Positions 17,680-26,491 of a DNA stretch of 32,000 nucleotides are shown here, piece by piece (positions within the stretch are counted from its first letter, which is position 1; each line of letters begins with the position of its first letter). A program made the translations under genes and the position numbers. This stretch comes from an uncultured bacterium (GTDB lineage: Bacteria > GCA-001730085), in NCBI GenBank assembly GCA_964565945.1, contig CAZMGY010000015.1, forward strand, positions 30,001 through 62,000, given 5' to 3'. Below the pieces are notes generated by a model, which was given only the letters and a program-made list of their open reading frames with translations, ran no database searches and was not told the origin of the DNA.

Positions 17680-18114
17680 CTAGACGTATTCTGTTTTGGA
17701 AATAATTTTATAACGTTTACGAAGGCCATCCCGAGTGAGACCATCTTCGATGATCTTGACTTCGGCTGTGCGACGTCGCAGTTTGCTTGATCGCGTTGCA
17801 CCATAAGTAACTTTATCCACATCAAAAAACAAAGTGGCTTCCTCAGCTTGATCAAAACCTGCTGAGGTTCCATCGGGCTTAACAATGCCAACTAAACCAT
17901 CTTGGGTCTTGTTGCGCAAACCATACAATGCAGCTTCAATCCCAGCATGAGCCGTATACTGTGCTTCGTGCCTTAAATTCAAATGCCCCGTTTGTTTCAT
18001 ATTCACATCCACAAAGCGATAGGTTGTTAAAGCAAGAATACCAATTACACTCCCCAAAATAATAACCGTGACCAAAGCAGCCCCTTTCTGACTTTTTAGA
18101 TTTATAACGGCCAT
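17680..18114 (-). CDS. Minor pseudopilin, GspK/PilX-N-like (no Glu+5)
   Basis: 144 aa. KSQKGAALVTVIILGSVIGILAL matches the GspK/PilX_N pattern (G followed by a hydrophobic helix, with no Glu at +5). GGAGGA lies 6 nt upstream of the ATG. It is much shorter than canonical GspK. Confidence 0.65.
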   Translation of the reverse strand: MAVINLKSQKGAALVTVIILGSVIGILALTTYRFVDVNMKQTGHLNLRHEAQYTAHAGIEAALYGLRNKTQDGLVGIVKPDGTSAGFDQAEEATLFFDVDKVTYGATRSSKLRRRTAEVKIIEDGLTRDGLRKRYKIISKTEYV

Positions 18115-18737
18115 GTCGGTTCCTCCTCATCAGCTAATCGATCGGGCACTTTTTGGACTTTATCATAGTAAAAAATCATACAACGAGAAATATCACGCTC
18201 GCCCTGCTTATATTCCAAGGTGATTTTCATTTGTTTGTTAGCATATTCAAAGGTCACATTATTAAGTTCGCGAATGGTGATCGATGGCATCCAAGTTAAT
18301 CCCGTATCTTGATGATAAGGCACCTCTTGAGACTGAAAAAATTTCATTTCTTTCAAGTCCTTGCTTTCATCATCCTGAGGACGAAACCAAAAACAACCCC
18401 AACGGCTTTTTAAACTGTTAAACGTTCCATCGAAAGCCCCTTCCTCGGGCAAATAACTATGTCGAAGAAAAACTTTCTGTGTGTTTACAATTTCATCTTC
18501 TCCGCTCATCTCCATATCCAAATAAACATTATCTAAATCAAACATCTTCTTTTTTAAATAGTTAAATGCAAGTTGTGCATTCGCAATCACTTTACCTTCT
18601 TCATGCGCTTTCTTCGACATACGAAACGAAAATAACAACTGAGCCGTTACAGCAGCAATCACACCCGAAGTCAACAAAAAGGCCGCAATGGCTTCTATCA
18701 AGGTATAACCTTTATTAGAATGTATTTTTAGCCTCAT
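18102..18737 (-). CDS. Minor pseudopilin with prepilin-type N-terminal cleavage/methylation motif
   Basis: Leader MRLKIHSNKG followed by YTLIEAIAAFLL (G/YTLIE). I chose the ATG at 18737, which has GGAG 7 nt upstream. The ORF track begins at a TTG at 18755. Confidence 0.8.
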   Translation of the reverse strand: MRLKIHSNKGYTLIEAIAAFLLTSGVIAAVTAQLLFSFRMSKKAHEEGKVIANAQLAFNYLKKKMFDLDNVYLDMEMSGEDEIVNTQKVFLRHSYLPEEGAFDGTFNSLKSRWGCFWFRPQDDESKDLKEMKFFQSQEVPYHQDTGLTWMPSITIRELNNVTFEYANKQMKITLEYKQGERDISRCMIFYYDKVQKVPDRLADEEEPTWPL

Positions 18738-19185
18738 CCTCATACTCCAAAACAACCGTTACTTTTTTAAAACCATCTTTACGTGTTCTGAGTGTTCCAT
18801 CGTTGTACGTTATCACAGTATATTCTTTTTTGATTGGCTCAATGTTATGACCCACTTCTGTATTCAAACCATCCAACAAAGCAACATCATCGTCAGTCGC
18901 ATCTTCATCAAGCGACTTAAACGTCTTCCTACCATCACTCAAGTCAGATCCATAATAACCTTCAACACCCTGACGCTGTTTCAGAGTTTCCAATACGTTT
19001 CCAGCCACCGTCACCACTTGAGAGGACACGTCACTGACACGACTTACTTTTTTAGAGCCAATAAAAGCCCCGAAAAATCCGCCCACAAAAAAGGCTAATA
19101 ACAAGGCCGCGAGCACAACTTCAATAAGCGTCACACCCGACTGATTTTTGATTAAATTTGTGAAGGACTTAGTTAAAAGACACAC
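18715..19185 (-). CDS. Minor pseudopilin with prepilin-type motif; its start codon lies inside the IS remnant
   Basis: KNQSG followed by VTLIEVVLAALLLAFF. The only in-frame start upstream of the cleavage site is the GTG at 19185, which overlaps the 3' end of the transposase remnant ORF. Confidence 0.7.
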   Translation of the reverse strand: MCLLTKSFTNLIKNQSGVTLIEVVLAALLLAFFVGGFFGAFIGSKKVSRVSDVSSQVVTVAGNVLETLKQRQGVEGYYGSDLSDGRKTFKSLDEDATDDDVALLDGLNTEVGHNIEPIKKEYTVITYNDGTLRTRKDGFKKVTVVLEYEDEAKNTF

Positions 19186-19637
19186 GATAGATTCCCTTTC
19201 CTCAACACGAAACTGAAATAATTACCCACCATGGAATGGTCAAGTTTTTTGTGACACCTCAGATAAGAGCGCAGACGCTGACGGTTATAAAACATCACAA
19301 TATAACGTAAAATGTCTTGCTGTGCTTCAGTGCGAGTTTGATAATGCCTCCATTGTATGCCTTCTTTTTTCATTTTTAAGCGACGGAGTTCAAGATGTTC
19401 TTCTGTTAGCTTGCCCTTACCGAGAAAGGCTTTTCCTCCATGTGTCTTTTGTTCCTTGATCCACCGCCATAACACATTGGATACAATCCCAAAGCTTTGA
19501 GCTACTTCTGTTTGGCTATAATTTTGTTTTTCCACAAGGGCTCTCGCATCCAATTTGAACTCTTTCGAGTATTTTTTTCGGAGCTTCATTGTTTACCTCA
19601 AGTTTTTAACCATTATCTCTTAACCTGAAGGTTCACA
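19159..19637 (-). mobile_element. Internally deleted IS3-family insertion sequence remnant (~0.48 kb)
   Basis: Imperfect terminal inverted repeats of TG...CA type. The minus-strand left end is TGTGAACCTTCAGGTTAAGAG (19637-19617). The right end is TGTGAAGGACTTAGTTAAAAG (plus strand, 19159-19179). They match at 13 of 21 positions. The repeats enclose the orfA'-'orfB fusion ORF. No target-site duplication was seen, so the boundaries are tentative. Confidence 0.55.
19173..19589 (-). pseudogene. IS3-family transposase remnant: OrfA HTH fused to the extreme C-terminus of OrfB
   Basis: The N-terminus MKLRKKYSKEFKLDARALVEKQNYSQTEVAQSFGIVSNVLWRWIKEQ...GKGKLTEEHLELRRLK is a typical IS3 OrfA. It is joined directly to WRHYQTRTEAQQDILRYIVMFYNRQRL, the conserved tail of the IS3 OrfB integrase. 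The DDE core is missing. Confidence 0.8.
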
Positions 19638-19646
19638 TCTATTAGA

Positions 19647-20075
19647 TCATTCCACACCTTCTTCACGAATCATCTTCTTCTCTTTGTATATTCCACCCGC
19701 AACAAGGCTACCATTGTCGGACATGGTTAACGTCCCGCCTTTGTATGCCCCATCCTTACGCTTAGCTTCAACACTAAATCCAGAATCCCCCGAACCTTCC
19801 CCCCCACTCATGGTGATTGTGTATTCAAACAAAGATAAGCTCCCTGAGTGAATATTGTCATCCAAATCCAAATCAGCTAGTGTTGCTGTGTACTTGTCGA
19901 ACTCCATAAAGTATATCCCTTCGGCTGTCCGAATCGCAGAAAGAACCGTCTTAGCCTCCGACATTTTAGCCTTTTCAACCACTTTTGTGTACCGAGGCAT
20001 TGCTAATGAGGCCAAAATACCCACAATAAGGACCACCATAAGAACTTCAATCAATGTAAAGCCTTTTTTATTCAT
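19647..20075 (-). CDS. gspG: Major pseudopilin / type IV pilin-like protein
   Basis: 142 aa. It starts MNKKG followed by FTLIEVLMVVLIVGILASLAMPRY, a classic class III signal with Glu+5. GAAGGAG lies 8 nt upstream of the ATG. Confidence 0.8.
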   Translation of the reverse strand: MNKKGFTLIEVLMVVLIVGILASLAMPRYTKVVEKAKMSEAKTVLSAIRTAEGIYFMEFDKYTATLADLDLDDNIHSGSLSLFEYTITMSGGEGSGDSGFSVEAKRKDGAYKGGTLTMSDNGSLVAGGIYKEKKMIREEGVE

Positions 20076-20218
20076 AACTCACGCTCCTTCAATAAACTTT
20101 TCGCATAATATTTTCTAGACCCAACTATTACCCTATATAGCACGGGTACACAGAAAAAAGCAAACTTTAATCTAAGAATAAACTTCCTCTGCCTCACCTA
20201 TTTCAACTAACTTTTTGA

Positions 20219-21451
20219 TTAACCGCCAATCTCCGCCATTTTGAAAATAGGTAAGAACATCGCAATCACCAAAACACCGATAATCCCTCCCACAAACATC
20301 AAAATAAGCGGCTCAAATATCGACGCAAAACGATCCACAGCTTCAGCTACACGTTTATTATAATATTCGGATACCTTGTGTAACATATCCACCAAACGTC
20401 CTGATTCTTCACCCACACTGACCATTTGCACTAACATTAGGGGGAAAACAGGATATTTTTCGAGTTGCGACGAAATGGTTGACCCTTCCTTCACACGATC
20501 CCTCACATGGTCAATTAACGACTTCAAATAACGGTTACCCAGCGAGTCCCTCGCTAAAGTAAGTGCTTCTATCACTAAAACACCATTCCTCAACATCAAG
20601 TCCAAAGAGGAGGTAAAACTTACCATGGCCGAGCGCAATAACAAAACGCCGAGAAACGGAATTTTTAAAATAAAACGATCAAACTTAAATCGGTACTTGG
20701 GCATGCTCAGTAACTTTTTAACCACCCAATAAAAACCAATAACAGCAGCAACCATAAAAAAGAAATACCGTTGGGCAAATTCACTTAGATCCATCACAAA
20801 TAAAGTTAGTTTAGGTAAATCAATATCAAAGTCGGCAAAAATTCCCACAAAAGTGGGGATAATTTTAAGAAGAAACACCGCAATTGCAATAATACTAAAT
20901 ATCACAAGAATCACGGGATAGATTAATGCTTTCTTGATTTTTTGCCTTACCTCATCAGCTTTCTCCATATTTTCGGCAATACACATGGTCACTTCTGCAA
21001 GCTCACCACTTTGCTCTCCAATCAATACAATACTTCGAACATGTTTAGGGAAAAACTTCGGATATTTCGCCATGGATTCAGCTAAACTAGCTCCACCCGA
21101 AATATCAGCCTTCATCACATTGATCGCATTATAAAGAGGCTCACTGCCAATCTGCAACGCGACAATCTCTAAGACACGAATAATATCGATACTGGCATCC
21201 ATCAAAACAGAAACTTGATCAAAAAATAAACGGAGATCATCCAGCTTGGTCGACTTACGGCGCCGCACTTCTTCTCGGACACGATTAACGAGGGCTTGCT
21301 GGCTCTTTTTCTTGATCGAGGACTTAAGGTTTAAAATCAGATACCCACGTCCCTGCAAAATACATACAGCTTCTGTTTCATCATGAGCCGTTACACTCCC
21401 CTCTTTCTTATCTCCACTAGGCGTACGTACCGTGTATTCAAAATCAGCCAC
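20219..21451 (-). CDS. gspF: GspF/PilC-family inner-membrane platform protein
   Basis: 410 aa with two repeated T2SSF domains and three TM segments (e.g. ALIYPVILVIFSIIAIAVFLL and C-terminal FEPLILMFVGGIIGVLVIAMFLPIF). It has a GTG start. Confidence 0.9.
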   Translation of the reverse strand: MADFEYTVRTPSGDKKEGSVTAHDETEAVCILQGRGYLILNLKSSIKKKSQQALVNRVREEVRRRKSTKLDDLRLFFDQVSVLMDASIDIIRVLEIVALQIGSEPLYNAINVMKADISGGASLAESMAKYPKFFPKHVRSIVLIGEQSGELAEVTMCIAENMEKADEVRQKIKKALIYPVILVIFSIIAIAVFLLKIIPTFVGIFADFDIDLPKLTLFVMDLSEFAQRYFFFMVAAVIGFYWVVKKLLSMPKYRFKFDRFILKIPFLGVLLLRSAMVSFTSSLDLMLRNGVLVIEALTLARDSLGNRYLKSLIDHVRDRVKEGSTISSQLEKYPVFPLMLVQMVSVGEESGRLVDMLHKVSEYYNKRVAEAVDRFASIFEPLILMFVGGIIGVLVIAMFLPIFKMAEIGG

Positions 21452-21489
21452 AACAACTAAGTCCTTCTATCATCCCAAAAACGTCCCGA

Positions 21490-23160
21490 TTAACCAGCAA
21501 CAGCCAATATTTCTTCCAAGCTTGTAATGCCAAGTTTGGCTTTTTCAAGACCCGCTATTCTCAGCTCAATCATTCCAGCCTCTAAAGCATACTTTTTAAG
21601 AACAGGTGTCAATTCACCTTTGGATATCATCGTATGCAAGGTGTCGTCTAGCACAAGTGTTTCATGAATCGGAACGCGACCACGATACCCCATTTGTTTA
21701 CAGTTGTCACACCCAACTGGCTTATAAAACGTTTGACCAAGTTCTATTTGCAAACGTTCGCGCAAACCCTCATCAGGAACAAACTCTTCCTTACACTCAT
21801 TGCATAGGCGACGAACTAAGCGTTGAGCCACAACAAGAACCAGCGACGACGCAATCAAGATCGGTTCAACACCCATATTCACCAAACGGTCCAAAGATTG
21901 AATCGCATTATTGGTGTGCAACGTGCTTAAAACAAAGTGGCCTGTTAACGCCGCTTGAATAGCCATACCAGCCGTTTCCCTATCCCGAATTTCCCCAAGC
22001 ATTATCACATCGGGATCCTGACGAAGAAAACTTCTTAGCCCCACCGCAAAATTGAGGCCAATTTCAGGACGCACATTCACCTGGTTAATCCCTTCGAGTT
22101 TGTATTCCACTGGATCTTCCAAGGTCACAAGGTTCCTGTTAACGTCATTGATATAATTTAAGCAGGCATAAAGCGTCGTCGTTTTACCACTTCCTGTAGG
22201 GCCTGTCACAAGCATAAGACCATAAGGTTTCAACAAAGCACTCTTGAAATCTTTCAGTGCATGATCACTAATATCTAAACCCTCTAACTCCAAAGGCAGA
22301 GTCCCCCTATCTAAAATCCGGATCACCACCTTTTCGCCATAAATAGTTGGGACAGTCGATACACGGAAGTCAATGTTGCGATTTTCAATATTCATTACAA
22401 TAGCCCCATCTTGCGACAAACGTTTTTCGGCAATATCAAGGTGGGCTAAAATTTTAATCCGAGACACAATGGCCAAGTAAAGCTCCCTGGGTGGAGCAGA
22501 AACCAAAACTAACTCCCCATCAATGCGATAACGAACCCGTATCATCCCTTTGGCTAAGGGTTCGAAATGAATATCACTCGCGCCCTCCGCAACAGCTTGT
22601 ATAATCAGCAAGTTCACAATACGAACAACCTGACCTTCCGATGCTTCCGACATAATCCGATCAAGACTAACTTCATTAGATTCGACACTTGATTGCAGGG
22701 CTTCCACACCATCTGACTTTTCAAAATAAGCCGTAATGGATTTTTCTAAAAGTCGTTTACCCACAATCACAAGAGAAATTTCGTGGGATGTCATCACCTT
22801 TAAGTTATCAATCAATAACAAATTTAAGGGATTCACAATAACGAGCTTAAGTACATTGCCCTTGCATGATAAGGGCATCACCATATTTTGTAACATAAAG
22901 TCTTGAGAGAAAAACTCTTCCCCCAAAACACTGCTATCTGGCTCTATCAATTCATCGGTCTTAACAATGCAAGGATAATTGAACTGCTTACTTAAGAATT
23001 TCACCAAGGTATCTTCGGTGATCGCACCCATATCGACCAAAGTTTCGCCAAGCAGTGCTCCACTCATGTTCTGCTCATCCAAGGCCTGTTCTAGTTGAAT
23101 CTCGTTAATCAGACCCTCACCAAGCAATAATTCGCCCAATTTCATTTTTGCTTCAAACAT
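21490..23160 (-). CDS. gspE: GspE/PilB-family secretion ATPase with N-terminal MshEN-type domain
   Basis: 556 aa. Walker A is GPTGSGKTTT, and Asp/His boxes are present. There is a C-terminal tetracysteine (CNECKEEF...CDNCKQMGYRGR). The N-terminal tandem motif is described in the findings. Confidence 0.9.
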   Translation of the reverse strand: MFEAKMKLGELLLGEGLINEIQLEQALDEQNMSGALLGETLVDMGAITEDTLVKFLSKQFNYPCIVKTDELIEPDSSVLGEEFFSQDFMLQNMVMPLSCKGNVLKLVIVNPLNLLLIDNLKVMTSHEISLVIVGKRLLEKSITAYFEKSDGVEALQSSVESNEVSLDRIMSEASEGQVVRIVNLLIIQAVAEGASDIHFEPLAKGMIRVRYRIDGELVLVSAPPRELYLAIVSRIKILAHLDIAEKRLSQDGAIVMNIENRNIDFRVSTVPTIYGEKVVIRILDRGTLPLELEGLDISDHALKDFKSALLKPYGLMLVTGPTGSGKTTTLYACLNYINDVNRNLVTLEDPVEYKLEGINQVNVRPEIGLNFAVGLRSFLRQDPDVIMLGEIRDRETAGMAIQAALTGHFVLSTLHTNNAIQSLDRLVNMGVEPILIASSLVLVVAQRLVRRLCNECKEEFVPDEGLRERLQIELGQTFYKPVGCDNCKQMGYRGRVPIHETLVLDDTLHTMISKGELTPVLKKYALEAGMIELRIAGLEKAKLGITSLEEILAVAG

Positions 23161-23172
23161 GCAAACCTTTCG

Positions 23173-25185
23173 TTAAATTTTGGCATCGAGAATAGCCAAA
23201 CGTTCCCTCGCAGTATTCGTCCAAGGTGAATTAGGAGCCACTTTAAGCGCCTGTTGATAAGAAGCGCGGGCTTCATCATACATAGCCTTCATTTCATAAC
23301 ACAAGCCCAAGGTGGTAAACCCATAGGGATGATCTGGGACAAGTTCCACAGCACGACGTAACGATGAAATGGCCGCATCATATTGTTTTTTAATACGATA
23401 TAGGTTGCCTAAGTTATTGTAAGCTGCACCCGAATTAGGGTTCAACATAATGGAACGTTTAAACTGCTCAATCGCCAAATCATACTTTTGAACCTTAGCA
23501 TACGCCACACCCAAATTGCTATGTGCTTCTGGATCACCAGGATATTCTTTTACTTTAGCTTGGTACTGAGCAATCTTGTCGGACAATGATCGTTGATCCA
23601 TACGTTCTTTCATGCGCTCTGCGGCCACATGAGGCTCTTCTTTTTCGCGAACAAGCTTTTCTGCCCGCTGCGACTCTTTAAGTAAGTCCGAATAATCATC
23701 TTCATCTTCTGCTCTTTTCTGCAAGTAAAGTAACGCGTCATCATCCAAAATATAAGGCGTAATAAACACAATAAGATCTGTTTCCGCCTTTTCTTTCGAC
23801 TTCCTAGAAAAGAACGTTCCCAGCAAAGGAATATCCCCCAAAATAGGGATTTTGCTTCCAAAGGTACTAAAATCCCTTTGAATCAAACCAGCAATAGAAA
23901 TTGTATCTCCTTGTTTGATTCTAATTTTTGTTAAAACGCTCCGTGTGGATGGATCAAATGCGCGATCTGGAAAAAGACGTGAAGGCGAGACCTCAGTTAC
24001 AGATGGCTGTAAAATCATCGTGACAAAATCATCCTCATTGATCTGAGGTGTCACCCGTAAAGTCACACCAACTGTCGTTCGTTCAACCGTCGTGGTCTGC
24101 TGATTCGTATCTTCATCGATAATCGTATCTTCATTGATCGCAGTTTCCGAGGTAATATCTACTACCGCAGGCTCATTGTCCAAAGTAATCACACGTGGTC
24201 GTGCAAGAAACTTACTCTTTCCACTGGTTTTAAGAGCGCGTAAAATAAAATTAAACTGTCCCGCAGTCAACTGTCCAAAAGTGGTCTCACTCAAACGGTC
24301 CGCATTCCCTTCTTCACTATTAATACGTTTAGAAATAAGCCCCAATAAGTTACTGTTAAAGGGAAAGACTTGCCCATCAACCTTCGGAGGACGATAGGCC
24401 AAACTAAACAACTGTTTCGGCTCAGACGGATTACCATACGCCGTTCCCAGAACCTTATTCAAGGTATCTTGCAACTCAACAATTTCCGCCTTGATCAAGA
24501 CTTGGCGTGTTTTTTTATCAAGCTCTTCAATGATTTTATCGATACGTTTGATACGGTCAGGATAATCGGTCACAATCAAGGAGTTGGTGCGTACATCAAT
24601 ACTCAAAATACCTTCCTCAGACAGCACAGCCACAACAGCATTGATCACACCTTCAGTTGCGTCAGTATCTCCCGATGAGAAAATCGAGATATCATCGGCT
24701 CCCCCTTCACTGCCCTTACTTCCCAAAGATCCACTTCGCTGAATCCTTGCGCCACTGGCTAATTTCAAACGCTTCACCCGGGCATAACTCAGTCGATAAA
24801 TCTTGGTCACACGCAAGTCGCGCATGCCCATTTGAGAAGTACTGACTCTCAAAACCGTGGTACCTTCAATTGGATAAAAACCCAAACCATTCGCCTCGGC
24901 AATCGACTTCAAAGCCTGCCTAACAGTCACTTTTTCCAAAAACAAAGATATGAGCTGTTCAGCAACTTCACCATCAATTACAAAGTTAACACTAGTTTGC
25001 TGGGTAAAAATTTTAAGCACATCCTTAAGGTTAGCTTCAACAAAGTCGACAGATATTTTTTTATCTAAATTATCAATGTGAACTAAATCTTCACTAGGCG
25101 GCTTCACTTCAAGCGCAGACAAAGACACTGCCTTCACTAACACCACTGCAAAAAAGAATGGCAAACATTTTAAGAATACTCGCAT
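23173..25185 (-). CDS. gspD: Secretin (GspD/PilQ family) with C-terminal charged linker and three TPR repeats
   Basis: The secretin core signature is IPILGDIPLLGTFFSRKSKEKAETDLIVFITPYIL. Three exact 34-aa TPRs follow: AHSNLGVAYAK..., AYNNLGNLYRI..., GFTTLGLCYEM.... I moved the start to the ATG at 25185 (MRVFLKCLPFFFAVVLVKAVSLSA signal peptide), which has AGGGGGGG upstream. Confidence 0.9.
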   Translation of the reverse strand: MRVFLKCLPFFFAVVLVKAVSLSALEVKPPSEDLVHIDNLDKKISVDFVEANLKDVLKIFTQQTSVNFVIDGEVAEQLISLFLEKVTVRQALKSIAEANGLGFYPIEGTTVLRVSTSQMGMRDLRVTKIYRLSYARVKRLKLASGARIQRSGSLGSKGSEGGADDISIFSSGDTDATEGVINAVVAVLSEEGILSIDVRTNSLIVTDYPDRIKRIDKIIEELDKKTRQVLIKAEIVELQDTLNKVLGTAYGNPSEPKQLFSLAYRPPKVDGQVFPFNSNLLGLISKRINSEEGNADRLSETTFGQLTAGQFNFILRALKTSGKSKFLARPRVITLDNEPAVVDITSETAINEDTIIDEDTNQQTTTVERTTVGVTLRVTPQINEDDFVTMILQPSVTEVSPSRLFPDRAFDPSTRSVLTKIRIKQGDTISIAGLIQRDFSTFGSKIPILGDIPLLGTFFSRKSKEKAETDLIVFITPYILDDDALLYLQKRAEDEDDYSDLLKESQRAEKLVREKEEPHVAAERMKERMDQRSLSDKIAQYQAKVKEYPGDPEAHSNLGVAYAKVQKYDLAIEQFKRSIMLNPNSGAAYNNLGNLYRIKKQYDAAISSLRRAVELVPDHPYGFTTLGLCYEMKAMYDEARASYQQALKVAPNSPWTNTARERLAILDAKI

Positions 25186-25210
25186 AAAGTTGCCCCCCCT
25201 AAGCCACACG

Positions 25211-25915
25211 TTATTCATGAACAATCATATTCATCACCATAGGACCTACAGGTTCATCTTGTCCAAAAACTCCCTGCACCCCCCCACCTCCAGGAATCCC
25301 CCCCAGCACAGGCACACCAGCAGGTGGTCCTTCGCCAAGCCCTACTTGGCCCCAATCATCATCTAACTTCCTGGTTGTTACCCTCATCATAGGAACAAGC
25401 ACCTCGACCAGTTGCTCTTTGTATCGTATAGTCACTGACTGAATTTCAACCTTTGCCAACTCACTGTTCTCATCAATTTTATCACCAATTCGATACACTT
25501 TGCCATTAATAATTGCCTGCTTCCAGTCGTCGCCCACAACAACCCCTTGCAACAAATACTCAGGAGGCGTATCTTGTTCTTCATCAAAGCCTCCTTCATC
25601 CAAAACAGCCAAAGGATCTAGGGCAAGATCCTCCATAACAGGCTCGTCCATCGCAACCTCCTCTAAATCTTCCACTTTGACAACCTGTTGCGTCATTAAA
25701 CGACGTTCTTCTTCTCTCCTTTTGATTTCGGCTTCACGGCGAACCCTTTCTTCCTCCCAACGCCTTGCTTCTTCCTCAGCCCGACGTTTGGCTTCTTTGT
25801 TGATAAAATTCTCATAAGCGACACGATGAAAGTACGACACGAAACCATTGCTCTCGGCAGACAGGGAACTCAGCGGCCATATCAAAACGACTATTATCAG
25901 AATAACTTTATTCAT
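25211..25915 (-). CDS. Secreted coiled-coil protein with PilP/GspB (T2SSB)-like C-terminal domain
   Basis: It has a signal peptide (MNKVILIIVVLIWPLSSLSA) and a highly charged K/R/E helix. LLQGVVVGDDWKQAIINGKVYRIGDKI...VEIQSVTI matches the GspB/MshK/PilP pattern (L.G...... A.ING..y..GD.i). The tail is Gly/Pro-rich. Confidence 0.5.
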   Translation of the reverse strand: MNKVILIIVVLIWPLSSLSAESNGFVSYFHRVAYENFINKEAKRRAEEEARRWEEERVRREAEIKRREEERRLMTQQVVKVEDLEEVAMDEPVMEDLALDPLAVLDEGGFDEEQDTPPEYLLQGVVVGDDWKQAIINGKVYRIGDKIDENSELAKVEIQSVTIRYKEQLVEVLVPMMRVTTRKLDDDWGQVGLGEGPPAGVPVLGGIPGGGGVQGVFGQDEPVGPMVMNMIVHE

Positions 25916-25924
25916 CACACTCTC

Positions 25925-26485
25925 TCAGTTTTTCGAAAAAAGGATCACGGCCATATTAACATTTAGTAATGGATCTTTAAATTTTTCAGTTGTGTCAATT
26001 TTTTCATCAGCATAATTAACTTCACAAAAATCAATGCAATTCAGCTTCTCGCCTTGTTCCAATGTTTGAAAAATCTTCATCATCTGCTCATAATGCGCAT
26101 GGTAACGCACCGAAAAACGTGAACTTTTGACCTTATAGCCCGTTTTGATATTACCTGGAACAATTTTAACCTCTGCAACTCCATGAGCACTCAATATCTT
26201 ATTAATGAGCGAAATAAAAAAGTTAACATCACTGGTGTCGTACAATTTCTTGTGAAGCTTCGGAAGAAGTTTTTTAAGATTTTTTACTTCTTCGGACAAC
26301 TTAAGTTTGGCAATAGTTTCATCAAATCGGATTTTCTTTTTGTCATAGCCCGATTTAATCACAAAAGCATAGCTAACATAAATAATAAGTATATATAAAA
26401 GGACAACAATTAAGCTCTCCTGAGTAAAATGCTTAAAAAATTGCCCAAGATTAAACTGGCGAATCTTATTAAGATCTAATTTCAT
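25925..26485 (-). CDS. PilO/GspM-like bitopic assembly protein
   Basis: 186 aa with a short cytoplasmic N-terminus, one TM (LIVVLLYILIIYVSYAFVI), a coiled coil and a C-terminal alpha/beta region. It lies between the PilMN-like and PilP-like genes. Confidence 0.55.
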   Translation of the reverse strand: MKLDLNKIRQFNLGQFFKHFTQESLIVVLLYILIIYVSYAFVIKSGYDKKKIRFDETIAKLKLSEEVKNLKKLLPKLHKKLYDTSDVNFFISLINKILSAHGVAEVKIVPGNIKTGYKVKSSRFSVRYHAHYEQMMKIFQTLEQGEKLNCIDFCEVNYADEKIDTTEKFKDPLLNVNMAVILFSKN

Positions 26486-26491
26486 CGACGC

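Noticed and set aside
17539-17891. Track ORFs 17539-17790 (+) and 17625-17891 (-) in or overlapping the spacer
   Set aside because: They have no Shine-Dalgarno and low-complexity, Lys-rich translations with no recognisable motif. They overlap the well-supported GspK-like gene in other frames.
25500-25817. Ser-rich 105-aa ORF on the plus strand
   Set aside because: It is the antisense shadow of the highly charged (GAA/GAG/AAG-rich) coiled-coil region of the PilP/GspB-like gene. It has no start context and no motifs.
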